Shown one piece after another: positions 23,996 to 36,731 of a DNA stretch of 64,000 nucleotides; within the stretch, counting starts at the first letter, position 1; the number at the start of each line of letters is the position of its first letter. Location of the stretch: the NCBI RefSeq assembly GCF_009914755.1, contig NC_060948.1; one strand, written 5' to 3'. The position numbers were made by a program, and so were the translations under genes. The stretch comes from the human T2T-CHM13v2.0 reference genome, Homo sapiens. The notes beneath the pieces were generated by a model. The model saw only the letters and a program-made list of their open reading frames with translations, was not told the origin of the DNA and searched no databases.

Positions 23996-26900
23996 CCCCT
24001 TAACTAAAATCTGGTAAGTTCTTCAGGGAAAAAAATAAATAAAATGTACATTTAGAAATAAAACTCCAAAATAATAAAATCCCCATCATTTTTTGTGATG
24101 GTGCTTTCTGAATGTTTTAGTTCATGAGTCATTGTGACTCAGAGTTAGCAAGCTCATATGAACCAGTAAATGAATAAGCCAACCTTCCACTTATGTCTTC
24201 ACAGAGCAGAAATTTATTAACTATGTATCATATATCAAGCAGCATACTGGGAATGGATATAAAAATGTAGACAGATACAGTCCTCCTCTCTGAAGACCTC
24301 ACAGTATAGTCAGGGAGAAACAATCAAACTAAGATAGGATAATTTTATAACTGAGGTAATAATGACTGCATGTAGGAATGAGCCATAAATGAGCTGCTCA
24401 GTGGGAGTCAGAGAAGGCATCACAACAGTGACATCCAAGCTGGGCCTTGAATGACACTATGGTTTTATCAAGGAGAGGAGGAGATTGACATTCCAGGTGA
24501 GGAAACACAGTCATGTTGGGTTTTATGAGAATGAGAATCTTCCTCAAAGGCTTCAGATACTCTAATTTGAATAAACAGAATTCTAGTCAGTCACCTATCT
24601 TGAAGATGAAGTTATTAGTCTAAATACAATGTAATCACCTCAAATATCTATGCATCCAATATTCAATTTTATAGCTGAAGAAAGCCTTATTCCCAGAAAT
24701 GCTATAGAAAATTTTAGAGTGGGTGCCCTTAGCATTAAACAACTATGTCTCATTGAGAAGCTTCAAGCAAGTGTGGGCACTAGGGGGAATCTTTTCTACT
24801 TTTAACATCTAGCAGCAGCTGTTTTAGATGTATGTTTGAAATACTGCTGTAAATACCGTCACGTCTAAGACACACACTTGGAAAAGGAATAAGATATCTT
24901 AAAGGAGCAGCCAACATAAACTCCCTGCCACTCCTCATCATCTTAATCTCCTTTGCAGTTACTTTCCCAGTGATGAGATCAAATGGCCACATGGATGACC
25001 CTTGGGGCCCTGGTGACTCCCTCACCCCAGGGATCTTTACTCTTGCGCATTTTCATGTCTCCATCCAATGTCAGCCCACTGCCTTTGATTTCCAGTCTCC
25101 ACCTGATACCTCACTCTGCAAATCTGCACTCCTGGATGATCTTTATTCTTCCACCTGCCAATCTCTCCAGATCTAGTTCTTGATCACTGAGACTGCCGCC
25201 CAAACCTCCCTTTTCCCCTAGGTTACCAGCCACTTGCCATCTTCTCTGCTTACCTTCACTACACAGGAGAACCACAGAATCTCCAATTAAATAGGCTGCA
25301 TTTCTCAAGGAAAATGAAGTATGCTCTGCAAAGCTCCACTTCCCGCGTATCTCCATCTTTCCACCCTCACTGAAAGGGGCAGCAGAGAGAGACCCTTAAA
25401 ATTCCTTCCCAGAGGTAGAACAGAAAACTCACCTACAAACATGTGGTTTTGTCTCTCTCAATTCCTGGTTACCCTAACCACAGCTGGGCCATCAGTACAG
25501 GTAATCGGTGCACTCTCCTTTAAAAAGCTGTTCTTACCTTATCCATAAGAGCTACTCTGCACCTCCAAGTTGCTCCTGAAACCCTTGATCTGTCTCCTTA
25601 ATTTGCCTGAGAAGATGAAGCATCTTTATAGCTGAAGCAACCACTATTTCCAGAAATGCTATAGAAAATTTTAGAGTGAGCGGAATTATGTTTCTCATAA
25701 TTCCAACTTGACTGGTCACCTCTTCAATTCTTGTCTCTCCACCAGCCTCAAAGGACACAAATTGGTGTAGCCTTCTCAAGGCCCATCATTCTTTTTTTTT
25801 GCACTCTTCGCCAATGTCCCTACTGCTCTTCAGGGGCCTTGTTCCATCATTTGAAACATCTCATTCCTGGATCTTGAGTCAATCCAGTAATAGCTGTAGA
25901 AAATAGCCATTCAGTAAATTTTTTTCTAAATACAACTTCTTGGTGCTTTTGATTTCTCTCAAGGATACTCTTTTCTCAAGGAATGAAGGCTTCAGATTCT
26001 GCTTGACAAGCTTTCTCAAAACTTCAGAACATAGCTAATTCTGTCTCATACTCTTATCACTTCCATGAAAAATTCAACTGCAAATTTATTACAAAAAAAT
26101 AAAAGCTCCAATCGTTATACTATAAGAACAGTAACAGATTCTCTCTCTACAGCTAGGCTCTACATTAATGTTCTGTCCAAATACGTTATATTTATTTAAT
26201 CTATAGTTTTATATCATTTACTGTATTTGTAGAATTCAATCCAAAGGCATAAACAAATCTCATCAGAAAAAATTGATTTGCACAACACTGAAGTACTCCA
26301 TTTTTTAATAAAAGTTCCAAGTATTTTTTAATATACCTAAGATTAAGTCTTTAGATGACAAAAACATGACTCTTGTTAACTGCAACATGATACAGATTAC
26401 CTTTTGACACATTTCTGCCAGAAGTTGCTTTTCTATTTCTCTCTTATATTCATTTAGCTTTGTTTCTAAAGACTCAAACTTTGTATTCTAAGGGTAAGCA
26501 ACTGTCAGTTGATCATCAATAAGCTGAAGGTTGTCAGCTATTAAAAAGTAACACATAAAATTAGGACACAGAAGCATGATCAGGTGTGTAAGAGGTCAGA
26601 TTTCTGGTTCAAAAGTAAAGAGTATAGTTAGGGGAAAGCATACGTGTCATCAATTTACTTTGAAATATAAAAAAAAAGTAAGATAGATGAATAGATGGAC
26701 AGATAAAAATGATGAAGTATATATAATACAAATGTAATAGTGAAATTTAGGTGGTAGGTATGTAAGTGTTGACTAGAATTGTTTCAACTTTTCTATGTGT
26801 TGAAAATACTCAGGCATTTACCAACATCCACCACACGCAGATTATTTATTTATTTATTTATTCATTCATTTATTTTGTGGAGACAGGGTCTTCCTATGTT

Positions 26901-28134
26901 GCCTGCCTCAGCTGATCTCAAACTCATGGCTTCAAGTGATCCTCCTGCCTGGGCTGGGATCACAAGAATGAGCAGCTTTGTCTGGTAATAGCTTTTAAGA
27001 ATAAATCTTCAAGAAGTCCTTCCCAAGCATGATACAAAACCTGGAAACAATAAGGAGAAATATTCATCAATCTCACTACATAAAATTTAAAAATTTACAT
27101 GTGGCATAAAATAGAAAAACATACACTCAAAAATTAGTTGCAGTAATATGGAGGCATAAGCAGGACTAAAGTTACAACATTGTAATATCGTTAAAGAGCT
27201 CTTACAAATCAGTTAAAAGAAAAGAAAACAAAACTGAAAAATGTGAAAAAAATGGACAGATTGTAGAAAAAATAAAATGTCAAACAAAGATAACCAAGAT
27301 TATCAGATGTTGAATAAACATGAACAAAATCATAAATGCAAATTAATAAAGCGAAGAAACCATTATTTTCCCTATAACACCATTAAGATTAAACTTTTGA
27401 TAATGCTAATGTTGGGAATGGAGTGGAAGTATAGCTGTGCTCATTCACTTGGGAGAGGAATGTGTCAGTGCTTACATATATTCAAAATGCAGTAATCTAT
27501 TCATTCCAATTCCATGAATTCACACAGCTGTACTTTTACAAGCACACAGAGCGTGCACACTGCATACTGGTTGCCTCTATTGGAAAAAAGCATACAATAA
27601 GACAACTCAATCTCCATTAATAGGGGGTTAAATATTTACTTTAAAAATAATGAGTCTCAATATACTGCTACAGATAGATATATTGGTTGATAGAAAAAGC
27701 AAATTGCCAAAAGGATCTATAATATAATTTTATTTGATTGTGTGTTTTAATTAGAAATACATAGAGTTTTAAACTCCATCAATTCTGCAAAAATAACCAA
27801 GAAACAAAATTATTAAAATTGTAGTTATCAGTTGAGAGTCAGATTAGAAAACATGGGCACAAATTGCTAGTTTGCTTTCACTTTATATCCTTCCAAATAA
27901 TCTGAAACTTTGCTTTAAACGAGAAGCGTAAATTATTTTTGAAATTTTTAGTTTCTTGAAACTAAAAACATTAGTCGCTCAGCACCTCATCCCCATCCCC
28001 ATCCTCTTCAGTGAGTGGATTACAGTTAGATTGTTTTGACACAGTCTGCATTCTATCCAGGGATCAGCAGACCAACATTTGCAAACACTAATGTTTATTC
28101 TTGGTGATGTAAAACTTTATGGGTTTGACAGTAG

Positions 28135-28580
28135 GTCTTTTCATTCTCTTAACAGTGTCTTCCACAGAGATGTTTTAATTTCAATTAAGTCTAACTCAAT
28201 TTTTTTCTTTTATGTATCTTGCTTTTGGTGTTATATCACATCATGAAACTTAGGATCACATAGACTTTCTCTTGTTTTTATTTGGAAATTTTATAGTTTT
28301 GCAATTTACATTTAGATTTATGGTTCATTTCCATGCACATGAATATTCAATTATTTCAGAGCCACATATTCAAAAGACTATCTTTCCTCTATTGAATTGC
28401 CTTTGAACCATTGTTAAAAAAAATTAATTGACAATATTTGTGTGAATCTATTTCTGGATTCTCTATATCTGTTCCCATTGATGTATGTGTCTATTCTTTT
28501 GCCAATTATAGATAAGGATTTTAACTTTCAGAAAGCAAAGTGTCAGTGTCCAAATTTTCTTTCTTCATCCAAAATTTGTG
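28135..28580 (-). mobile_element. Old L1M ORF2 fragment
   Basis: 'cttttcattctcttaacagtgtct', 'tctatttctggattctctat'. Confidence 0.7.
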
Positions 28581-29065
28581 CATATCATTGTCTGTGTATC
28601 TTTGGCTGTCAAACGAAATATTAAGAGGGGGAAGAACGGGTGACTAGAGTCTAGGAGGAAAGTACTGTTAGTATCTACAGCTTAGCATCTCCTGAGTGTA
28701 GATATACTAAAATAGGATAAGATCACAGGTCTCTGACTCAGGGGGCAGAAGACAGTTCAGTACAATATATCTTCCTATAAGTTTTCTGTTGTTTAATTAG
28801 AAGCCATTGCTTTTTAAAATGATTTTAATTTACCAGAAGTTATTTTATTGTTAGCTAAGGGTTCTATCCAAATTTTGCCACTAGGATGACTAGCACTACT
28901 CATCATTTTTCTGACTTCCAGAAATTTTACTGGGATGCTAGGTAAAGCTGGTAAGGGTTGTCACCCAGATATCTTTCTGAATGAGATGGATGTAAAGAGA
29001 CTCTGTAAAGATAGAAAGACTATTTCTAAAGATAATGTAATATAGTAAATGTATAGATTCTTTCC

Positions 29066-29590
29066 TGTTAGGGGGCTCAGTCAGTCTGGGGGGAAAAATA
29101 TTAAAGATAATTATAGTAATAGCCACAAACCATCTTGGAAGGCCAGAGACTTTGCATAACCTCAGTAATAGATACGGTTGAAGGTGACTTTCTTTACCTT
29201 TAGTTAAATAAATTAAAGTACTGACAAAGGAATGTGGGGAGGTTATGCAGCTAGCTTGTTTACTCATGTGGTCTGAAGACTAACCTTTGAGGTACCCTGG
29301 GTGCTTAAGTGCTTAGGGAAGTCCGCAATGTCAGTGTTGCCCCAGTGATGTTGACTCAAGTCTTTGTCAATTAATCTTTACTGATAAGTGTGAGTTTCAC
29401 TTGCTGGTCAGGGCCACTGTTGCCACTGTTTACAAAACTCTACTGGAGTCTGTAAGTGGCTCAGACACTCAGCTTCAGCTGGACTGGCAAAGCAGAATAT
29501 TTATGTTTCAGTGTACTTTATTCATCCGTTGCGGGTTCAGGGGTCTGCAAGGGACAGACCCCCAAAGTTGGTGCCACAGCATGAGAAGTG
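29066..29590 (+). mobile_element. LTR22-like (HERV-K HML-5) 5' LTR plus primer-binding site
   Basis: Begins 'tgttagggggctcagtcagtctggggggaaaaatatt' and ends 'ggtctgcaagggacagaccccc'. Followed by PBS-like 'tggtgccacagcatgagaa' at 29569. Confidence 0.7.
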
Positions 29591-29611
29591 TGAGAAGTGT
29601 TACCACAGTTT

Positions 29612-29710
29612 CTCCTTCCTTCCTTCCTTCCTTCCTTCCTTCCTTCCTTCCTTCCTTCCTTCCTTCCTTCCTTCCTTCCCTCCCTCCCTCCCTCTCTCTC
29701 TCTCTCTCTT
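29612..29710 (+). repeat. (CCTT)n-(CCCT)n-(CT)n compound STR
   Basis: Directly visible; lies at the tail of a minus-strand Alu. Confidence 0.95.
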
Positions 29711-30001
29711 TATTTCCTTGGTGGGGAGTAAAATGGCACCTAGCTAGGTCACCCAGGCTGGAGTGCAGTCACATGATCTCAGCTCACTGCAAATATCCCC
29801 TCCCAGGTTCAAGTGATTATCTTGCCTCAGCCTCTAGCATAGCTGGGATAAAAGGCACTTGCCACCACACCTCGCAAATTTTTGAATTTGTAGTAGAGAT
29901 GGGGTTTCACTGTGTTGGCCATGCTGATTTCTAACTCCAGGCCTTCAGTGTTCCTCCTGCTTCAGCCTCCCAAAGTCCTGCATGAGGCACTTTTCCTGCC
30001 C
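29711..30001 (-). mobile_element. Alu
   Basis: 'cacccaggctggagtgcagt...cagcctcccaaagt'. Confidence 0.85.
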
Positions 30002-30079
30002 CATAGATTGTTCTGTAATATCTCCTTTTCTTTTGAAGTAAAAATTAAGCAATAGCTACTAACTATATACCTTTGAATT

Positions 30080-30265
30080 ATGCTGTTCATTGTGATAGTC
30101 AATAAGCACATGGAGCTAATTAAATATAAATTAAAAATTGAATTATTCAGTTACACTAGCTACTGTTCAATTGCTCAATAGTCGCATGAGACTAGCAGCT
30201 ACCACATTAAACAGTATAGATAAAGACATTTCCGCCATCACAAAGAGTTACAGTGGATGGTGCTT
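30080..30265. mobile_element. MER3-like hAT DNA transposon remnant
   Basis: 'cagttacactagctactgttcaattgctcaatagtcgcatgagactagcagctacc'. Confidence 0.6.
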
Positions 30266-31551
30266 ATATATAACAGAAGTTATATTACACATTACTGAAC
30301 ACATATTTTCTTCTTTAATGACATATTAATACAGTTAATACTCTATCAATTGTACTTGAGAGGCATACCTAGTATACAAAGACACTTGGCCTAAAAGTCA
30401 GATTTTTGAAGTTTTTTTTGGTTTGTTTTTTGTTTTTTTTTAAGAAGTGTTCCCAATAGTGGATATTTTTACAAACAGTATCTTTCAGTGTGTCTGTAGG
30501 GCCCTTGATACCGTCTGAAGTTTTCTTATTTGACTATCTGAAAGTTATTACAAAAATGAAAACATGGGAATAATGACCTGCAGAACAGGTGAACTATTGT
30601 TTAAAAAGTAAGATATGGTCAGCAAGGAAAAACATGTAATTTAAATCTAATTAAATTTCTTACTCTTCTCCCTCAAAATTAGCTTTATTACTTTATAAGG
30701 AAAAGTACATAGAAAAACCTTGCTATAGTTTACAAATATGTAGGCTCCTATATTTTTGGTTTTCTTTATCAGATCCTGAGACCTGTTAAAAGGAAATAGT
30801 TTACCTTTATAAAGCTATTCAGTTATAATTAACAAACCGAAGTAGATTATATAAACTAAGTAATCTTACCAGTGATTTCTAGAAACTGGGAGTAGGGTGA
30901 ATTTTATAGAGTGCAATCAATCCTGCATATTAAATACCTTAAGAAAATAAAATGTTACTAATTAGACACAGTTTTATAGCAATGTTTAAATGATACGTTA
31001 TAATATATTTATGAATAAGAGATTAAGAAAATTCCTTCAGAAAAGATAAGATTACAACTATGCTAACAAAGCAAAATACAAGCTCTTTCTTACACTATTA
31101 GATAAATTACAAAAAGTTTGAGTTAAAATAATAAAATTTCTTTCTTGATCATGTAATTAATCTCTAAGTGTTTTACATCAAATGTTATTCAATTACAACT
31201 TTTTAAAAGTAGTATTTAAAAATGTAAATAAACTAAATTTTCACTGTCCTTACAATCATGACTAAAGTGCACTTAAAATTCTGTTAAACAGATATTTTGG
31301 GCAAGCATTTATACATATTTCTGCTACAGTATATATCAATAATTATGTCTACTCTAAGAACATGAATATGTTTTCAACTGGATTTCCTTTAAAGAAAATA
31401 TTTTACATTGTTATTTTATGTTAGCAGAAACCATTTAGTTGTTTGAGTGGGATTAATTCCTGTTATAAGAATTTTACAATTGCTAAGTACACGATAAGTA
31501 GAAGTATATAATTATTAGAAAGTTAGAGAAAGATATATCAAAAAAGAATTC

Positions 31552-32230
31552 CAGACAAGGCACAGTGTCTCACAGTTGTAATTACAGCACTTGGGCAGCC
31601 TAAGAGGGGAGATGACATGAGCTCCGGATTGAAAACAACACTGCCCACCAAGAGTAACCCAGACTCTATCAAAAAAAAAAAAAATTAGCAGAATGTGGTG
31701 GTGTGTGCCAGTAATCCCAGCTGCTTGAAAGGTTGCAGTAGCATAATTGCTTGAACCCAGGAGGGGCAGATGTTTCAGTAAGCTGAGATTATGCCAATGC
31801 CCTCCAGACTTGGTGACAGAGAGAGACCCTACTTCTAAAAAATAAGTATGTAAATAAATACATTCATAAGGCTGATAAGTAAAATTTGGTTGTGTATGAA
31901 GAAACTCAGCACATTTAAAATTTGAATTCAAAAACTGTACTAAGGCTACGCATTGTGGCTCACATCTGTATTCCCAGCATTTTGGAGGCCAAGGCAAATG
32001 GATCACTTGAGATATGGAGTTGGAGACAAACCTGGCCAACACAGTGAAACCCCGCCTCTACTAGAAATACAAAAATTAGCCAGGTTCTTGGGCAAGCACC
32101 TGTCATGCCAGATACTTCGGAGGCTGAGGTGGGAGAATCGCTTGAACCCAGGAGGTGAAGTTGGCAGCCTTGGATCAGGCCACTGCACTCCAGCATGAGC
32201 AACAGGGTAATACTCCATGTCAAATAAAAT
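31552..32230 (+). mobile_element. Two tandem diverged Alus (31552-31860, 31944-32230)
   Basis: Two dimeric Alu structures. Confidence 0.85.
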
Positions 32231-32534
32231 AATTATCATACTAAGCTTCTCGTGTCCTTAAAACTTTGGAATATGAAACTCTTAGATAACTATACACAAC
32301 CTAAAGAAAGTAAAAACATATACACACCACCAAGAGTGAAATTTAATGTAAACGATAGACTTTGGCAATAAAGACTTTTTGGGGAAGGTTTATCAATTGT
32401 AGCAAATGTACCACCTTGATGAAAGATGTTGACAGTGGGAAAGACTGTGCATGTGTAGGAGCAGTGGGTGTATAGGAATTCTTTGTACTTCTCCATCAAC
32501 CTAGCTGTGAACTAAAACCTGCTCTAAAAAACAG

Positions 32535-32536
<2 letters not shown>

Positions 32537-32580
<44 letters not shown>
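32537..32580 (+). repeat. (CA)n microsatellite at the end of an old L1 3' fragment (about 32290-32530)
   Basis: Directly visible. Confidence 0.9.
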
Positions 32581-32581
<1 letters not shown>

Positions 32582-33362
32582 TCACAGGGAAAGTTTGCTG
32601 CATCTTCCTTTAAAATAATAAACTGGGACAAATGTTTAACCATAATGGTGAAGAAATATCGTTAAAATAATTAGAAATGTATTAAAAAATAAAATGACAG
32701 TCACTTTATTATTTGGAAAATTTACAGATTTTTAAGGATTACATCACTTAAGTTACTTGATTCAACTCTTCACAGTCTGGTTCCTCATCTGTAACACACG
32801 AAACATCTGTCGTGTGTCTATCACAGTGTCAAATTCAGAGCAGACATTCAACAGATGGGCAGAGTCTTATTAAAAAACATGGAAAATAAATAAATCAATT
32901 TGAGCTCTTAAACATTTAGAGATTGTAGATCATAATTTTACAAAAGACTAAATGTGATACCAATAAATTAATTTCAAATTTAGTAATCACTTGTTATATA
33001 ACAAATGCATTATGTGCAGGTACAATGGAAATTCAAAGAGGAATGAGAAGTGGACCTAGTTTAAAAGCAATTATCTATAATGCAGCATGTTACACTCAGC
33101 TGAAAAAAAAAAACTGTTAATAAAAAGTTCAAAAACAGAAAAGGAAATATGTTACCTTTTCTTTTGCTAAACCAATTTCTGGAAAGAAAACAGAAAGTGA
33201 AGACGCATAGCCATATCTTTGTTAGTGATCAGCCACTAAAGAGTTAGGGGTTCCTAGTAAGAGGGAGTTCCCTTGTAGTGAAATGGACAGAGGGTGCAAC
33301 TCTCCATTCAATACAGGGTGCATCGACTCATGAATTGGGTGGTTTTGAATTTGTGTCTTGCA

Positions 33363-33497
33363 AGGGAGGAAGGAAGAAAGAAAGGAAAACAATTAAGGAA
33401 GGAAGGAAGGAATAAAGGGAGGGAGGGAGAAGGGGAGGAAAGGAGAAAGCAAGAAAGAAAGGAAGGAAGAAAGGAAAGAAGGAAGGAAGGAAGGAAG
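33363..33497 (+). repeat. (GGAA)n-rich purine tract at the OFD1 pseudo-exon 3 acceptor
   Basis: Directly visible; reads as an expanded polypyrimidine tract on the minus strand. Confidence 0.85.
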
Positions 33498-34699
33498 TCA
33501 AAAAAGGTAAAATAATTTCAGTAGGATTGTCTCAGTAGAGATACACAAAGATGTGTTACATTCATTGGAAAACTTCCTTTTCTTTCCATAATGTTTCTAG
33601 ATCCATGGCCAGAAATTAGGAATCTTCCCCTACGCAAGCCGTACCCCATGAGACAAGAAGGTCAGTGTGTTCTACAAAAATGTTTCTTTCCTCAGCTTCC
33701 AAGTGAAACGGGTGGTTAGCCAGACCCATTTGCAGACTCTTCCTTCACTTCCCTAGAAGTCCATTTCAGCAGCTTATGCTTGGGATATGAAGTATAGGAA
33801 AAAATTCTGCTAGTTCATCCCACCTCTATGGACTGTTGCAAAATATAACCAAAATATTTAACAACAAGGGACTGCTATGTGTGTTACAAAAATATCCAAA
33901 GATAAGACTGTTGCCACTAAAAATGAGGATTTCAAGAAACTTTTAAGGAAACAGAGAAATGCTCACACCATATAACTTATATTTAAAAAGGATATATGCA
34001 CAGTATATATCTACATATTTTAAATGTAAAATATGCTTATGGAATGCATATTGCAATGAAAACACGTTGAGCTAATCCTGTTCCTAGCTGTTAATCCAAA
34101 TATAAAGTATACTAACAAATATTTGCTGCCCAAATGAAATATTCAGGCATATCAATATAGTTTAAAGATGAAAGTGTTCATTCTCCAGTTGAACTATTAG
34201 AACACTAGTTTTATCTATATGTTGCCAATGTCCCACATCCAAACGCATTACAAACCCACTTGTTAGTTTAGGAACCTGTAAACCAGATTTATAAAAGAGG
34301 CCTATTCTTACTAAAATGTGTTCATTATATAAATGCTTTCTGCTCCTGTCTTACTGGCAGCTCAATTAATTATTCGAACATTCTCCTTTAAGTCGACTCA
34401 AATGTAACATTTTCTCAATGGTTTCAAAGAGACCGTAATGTTTCAGGGTAGAGTTTTGAAACCCAATCATTGGATGAATTTAAATGTGAACTACCTATTA
34501 CAGGTTAGACTTCTAAAAGTTATGGAACAGATAAATCTAAATCCGATACTTTGAGTGTGCCCAGTACACCCACATTCATCAACATTTCATCTAGCTTTTT
34601 GGGCAGCTCATCTTGACTCAACAGACATGGGGAGCTAGTTGGATTAGAAGACAAAATGGTTACAGGTTACTTGGGGGGTAGAGGGAAGGTGAACGACTG

Positions 34700-35160
34700 A
34701 AAAACAACGCGAGATTACAGCTGTCGCATTGCATCCTGCCCCTCTTGGGGACCTACTTAGTACAGTCTTCCTGGTCTGAAGATACATGGCACATGCATTT
34801 GGTGGCCTAGCACCGGCCAGAATCTCCACCCCTATCTCGAGGGAGCATATCCAGGGTATCCAAAAATCTGCCCCCGGGGCTCTCGGCTGAAGCAGCCGGG
34901 TGCCGGTCTTCACAGCGGGACTGAGATTGTCTTTCCCTCCTTGGCCTGTCGCTTCAGGTAGAGGATGGAGTGAGTCGAAACAGGCATTTTGAATCCCTGT
35001 GGGAGTTCACTGGCCCTGCCTGACGGTACAGGCTGGTGCTATATCTCCACCCCTCCCTCGGGTAGCCCTATCAGATCTGCCACGCCCTGGCCGGCTCATC
35101 CACTCACTGAGAACTTCCAGCTGCAAGTTTCTGCCCTCCTGGGGTCTTTGCTTTGGTGGT
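34700..35160. promoter_or_regulatory. Decayed CpG-island relic of the OFD1/TRAPPC2 bidirectional promoter; possible TRAPPC2 non-coding exon 1 ending near 34957
   Basis: GC-rich patch with residual CpGs just upstream of OFD1 pseudo-exon 2. 'ctgagattgtctttcc...gcttcag|gtagag' resembles the TRAPPC2 5' exon. OFD1 and TRAPPC2 are head-to-head on Xp22. Confidence 0.5.
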
Positions 35161-35183
35161 TAACAGCCAAATATTCAGCTGAC

Positions 35184-35395
35184 CCAGGGTTTCTTAATGG
35201 AGCCACTGTTGCCTTTTGGAGCCGGCAGATTCTTTGTTTTGGGAGGCTGTCCTGTGCTTTGTAGATTCAGCTGTATCCTTGGTCTCTATTTTTTCAATAG
35301 TACCTTCTCTTCCAAGCGAGACAACCAAAAGTGTCCCCAGACATTGCCAGATGAACTCTTGGAAGCAAGATGGCTTAGGGTAGAGATCCACAAAG
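35184..35395. mobile_element. MER20 DNA transposon
   Basis: 'gattctttgttttgggaggctgtcctgtgc...gacaaccaaaagtgtccccagacattgcca'. Confidence 0.8.
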
Positions 35396-35547
35396 CTAAA
35401 TGTTTTTGAGTAGCCACCATTGTGTATTGTGAGGAAAGGCGAGCCTGACCTCATAATGTTTACATGTAAATAAAAAGAAAAGCAACCGAACCTCTCAGAA
35501 GCAATAATGAACACGTTACAGCCAGATAATTGAGCAAGAGCTAAGAA

Positions 35548-35632
35548 ATATATATATATATATATGAATATATATCTTACGTAAGATATATATATATATG
35601 AATATATATCTTACGTAAGATATATATATATA
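35548..35632. repeat. AT-rich 34-bp tandem unit containing the perfect palindrome TATATATCTTACGTAAGATATATA
   Basis: 'cttacgtaag' at 35576 and 35610 within (TA)n. Confidence 0.9.
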
Positions 35633-36441
35633 AATTGAGTAATGAGTTTAAAGGAGAGGTGGTTGAATATGGAAGGGATTCAGATCATCTCTTGGAAAAA
35701 GTGTAAACTCTTCAGGGTCTTGATGCGTAGGATTTGGGTGGTGGGTCAAAAGAATAGCATGGCAGGGATGGGGAAAAATGAATAAAGTAATAAAAACCAA
35801 CCAACCAAACAAACAAACAAAAATCTAGGCCCTTCTGGGGGCAGTGAGGAATCTACCCTGAGTCCAGAGTTGTATGCTGGGAATATAAGCCTGAAAAAGT
35901 ATCTAAGTCCTGTGAGGACCAAATTTGATCAGTTTCAGCTTTGTACACAGCATTGAAGAAGTGTACAGTGAATTTTGATCACTGGCTGTGAGAAACTTAA
36001 AGTCTTTGAGAGGCAGTATGAGTGACAGGACTTCTTAGGAAGTGGAGAACCTATAGGTTTTTGGTGGAAATAATTGAGGAGGAGAGACTTAGTTGGATTT
36101 TAAAAAATAGGTAGGAGTTGCAGGCAGAATCAGGGAGAACATTCCAGGCAGGACGAGAGAAATAATAGTAGCTCTGAAGTGGATACAGTCAAAGTGGATT
36201 TGGGGAAGAAGAAACAATAAACAACTAAACTCTAGTGGAGGTGGAACAATAGGGCTGAGAAAAGACATGACCAATGTGAGAGTCTGCTTTGAATACCAGT
36301 ACATGATCCTGTAGTTGAGATGCATCCAGGCTTTTGAATGGGATAATGAAATGATGAAAGCAGTGTTCTAAAAGTAGGTTGATAGCTTGTAAATGTTGTT
36401 AGGTAGTATCACCAGTCCACTGTAGAAAAAGTAATAATAAT

Positions 36442-36731
36442 CGGCTGGGCATGGTGGCTCACACCTGTAATCCCAGCACTTTGGGAGGTGGAGGCTCAAG
36501 GATGACTTGAGGTCAGGAGTTCCAGGCAAGCCTAGCTAACATGGTGAAACCCGGTTTCCACTAAAAATACAAAAAAATTAGCGAGGTGTGGTGGCATAAC
36601 ATCTGTAATCCAAGCTCTCTGGGAGTCGGAAGCAGAAGAATCACTTGATCCGAGGAAGTGCAGGTTGCAGTTAGTTGAGATCACACCATTGCACTCTAGC
36701 TTGGGCAACAACAGCAAACAAGCAAATAAAA
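36442..36731 (+). mobile_element. AluS
   Basis: Full dimeric structure. Confidence 0.9.

Larger units (their letters stand above)
15605..34643 (-). pseudogene. OFD1: Unprocessed OFD1 pseudogene (OFD1P-Y family): exons 2 (34550-34643), 3 (33156-33356), 4 (30870-30937), 5 (30752-30782), 7 (26401-26537), 8 (25937-26077), 9 (22721-22826), 10 (20434-20553), 11 (18578-18647), 12 (17381-17472), 13 (15605-15752)
   Basis: Minus-strand translations in colinear order: LSQDELPKKL...GTLK; [20 protein letters not shown]...FFPEIGLAKEK; VFNMQD; VSGSDKENQK; LQLIDDQ...[20 protein letters not shown]; FEKACQAESEA; LLLKDIDLLRE; QKLQEEKHKS; YQLELTDDYIIR; YLQEE; SVKAQSLAITKQ. Most retain AG/GT borders. Multiple stops and frameshifts. 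Confidence 0.95.

Noticed and set aside
28740-29060. Possible gene fragment upstream of the LTR (ORF 28938-29267)
   Set aside because: No recognisable peptide in the frames I checked, and the ORF is largely antisense LTR sequence.
29612-29710. Identification as the Y-STR DYS464
   Set aside because: The motif is CCTT, but the flanks do not match the primer sequences I recall, so it is left unnamed.
29401-29934. 177-aa ORF with an FLPS repeat
   Set aside because: Chance read-through of LTR, (CCTT)n and antisense Alu.
31515-32239. Overlapping ORFs up to 175 aa
   Set aside because: All are Alu-derived translations.
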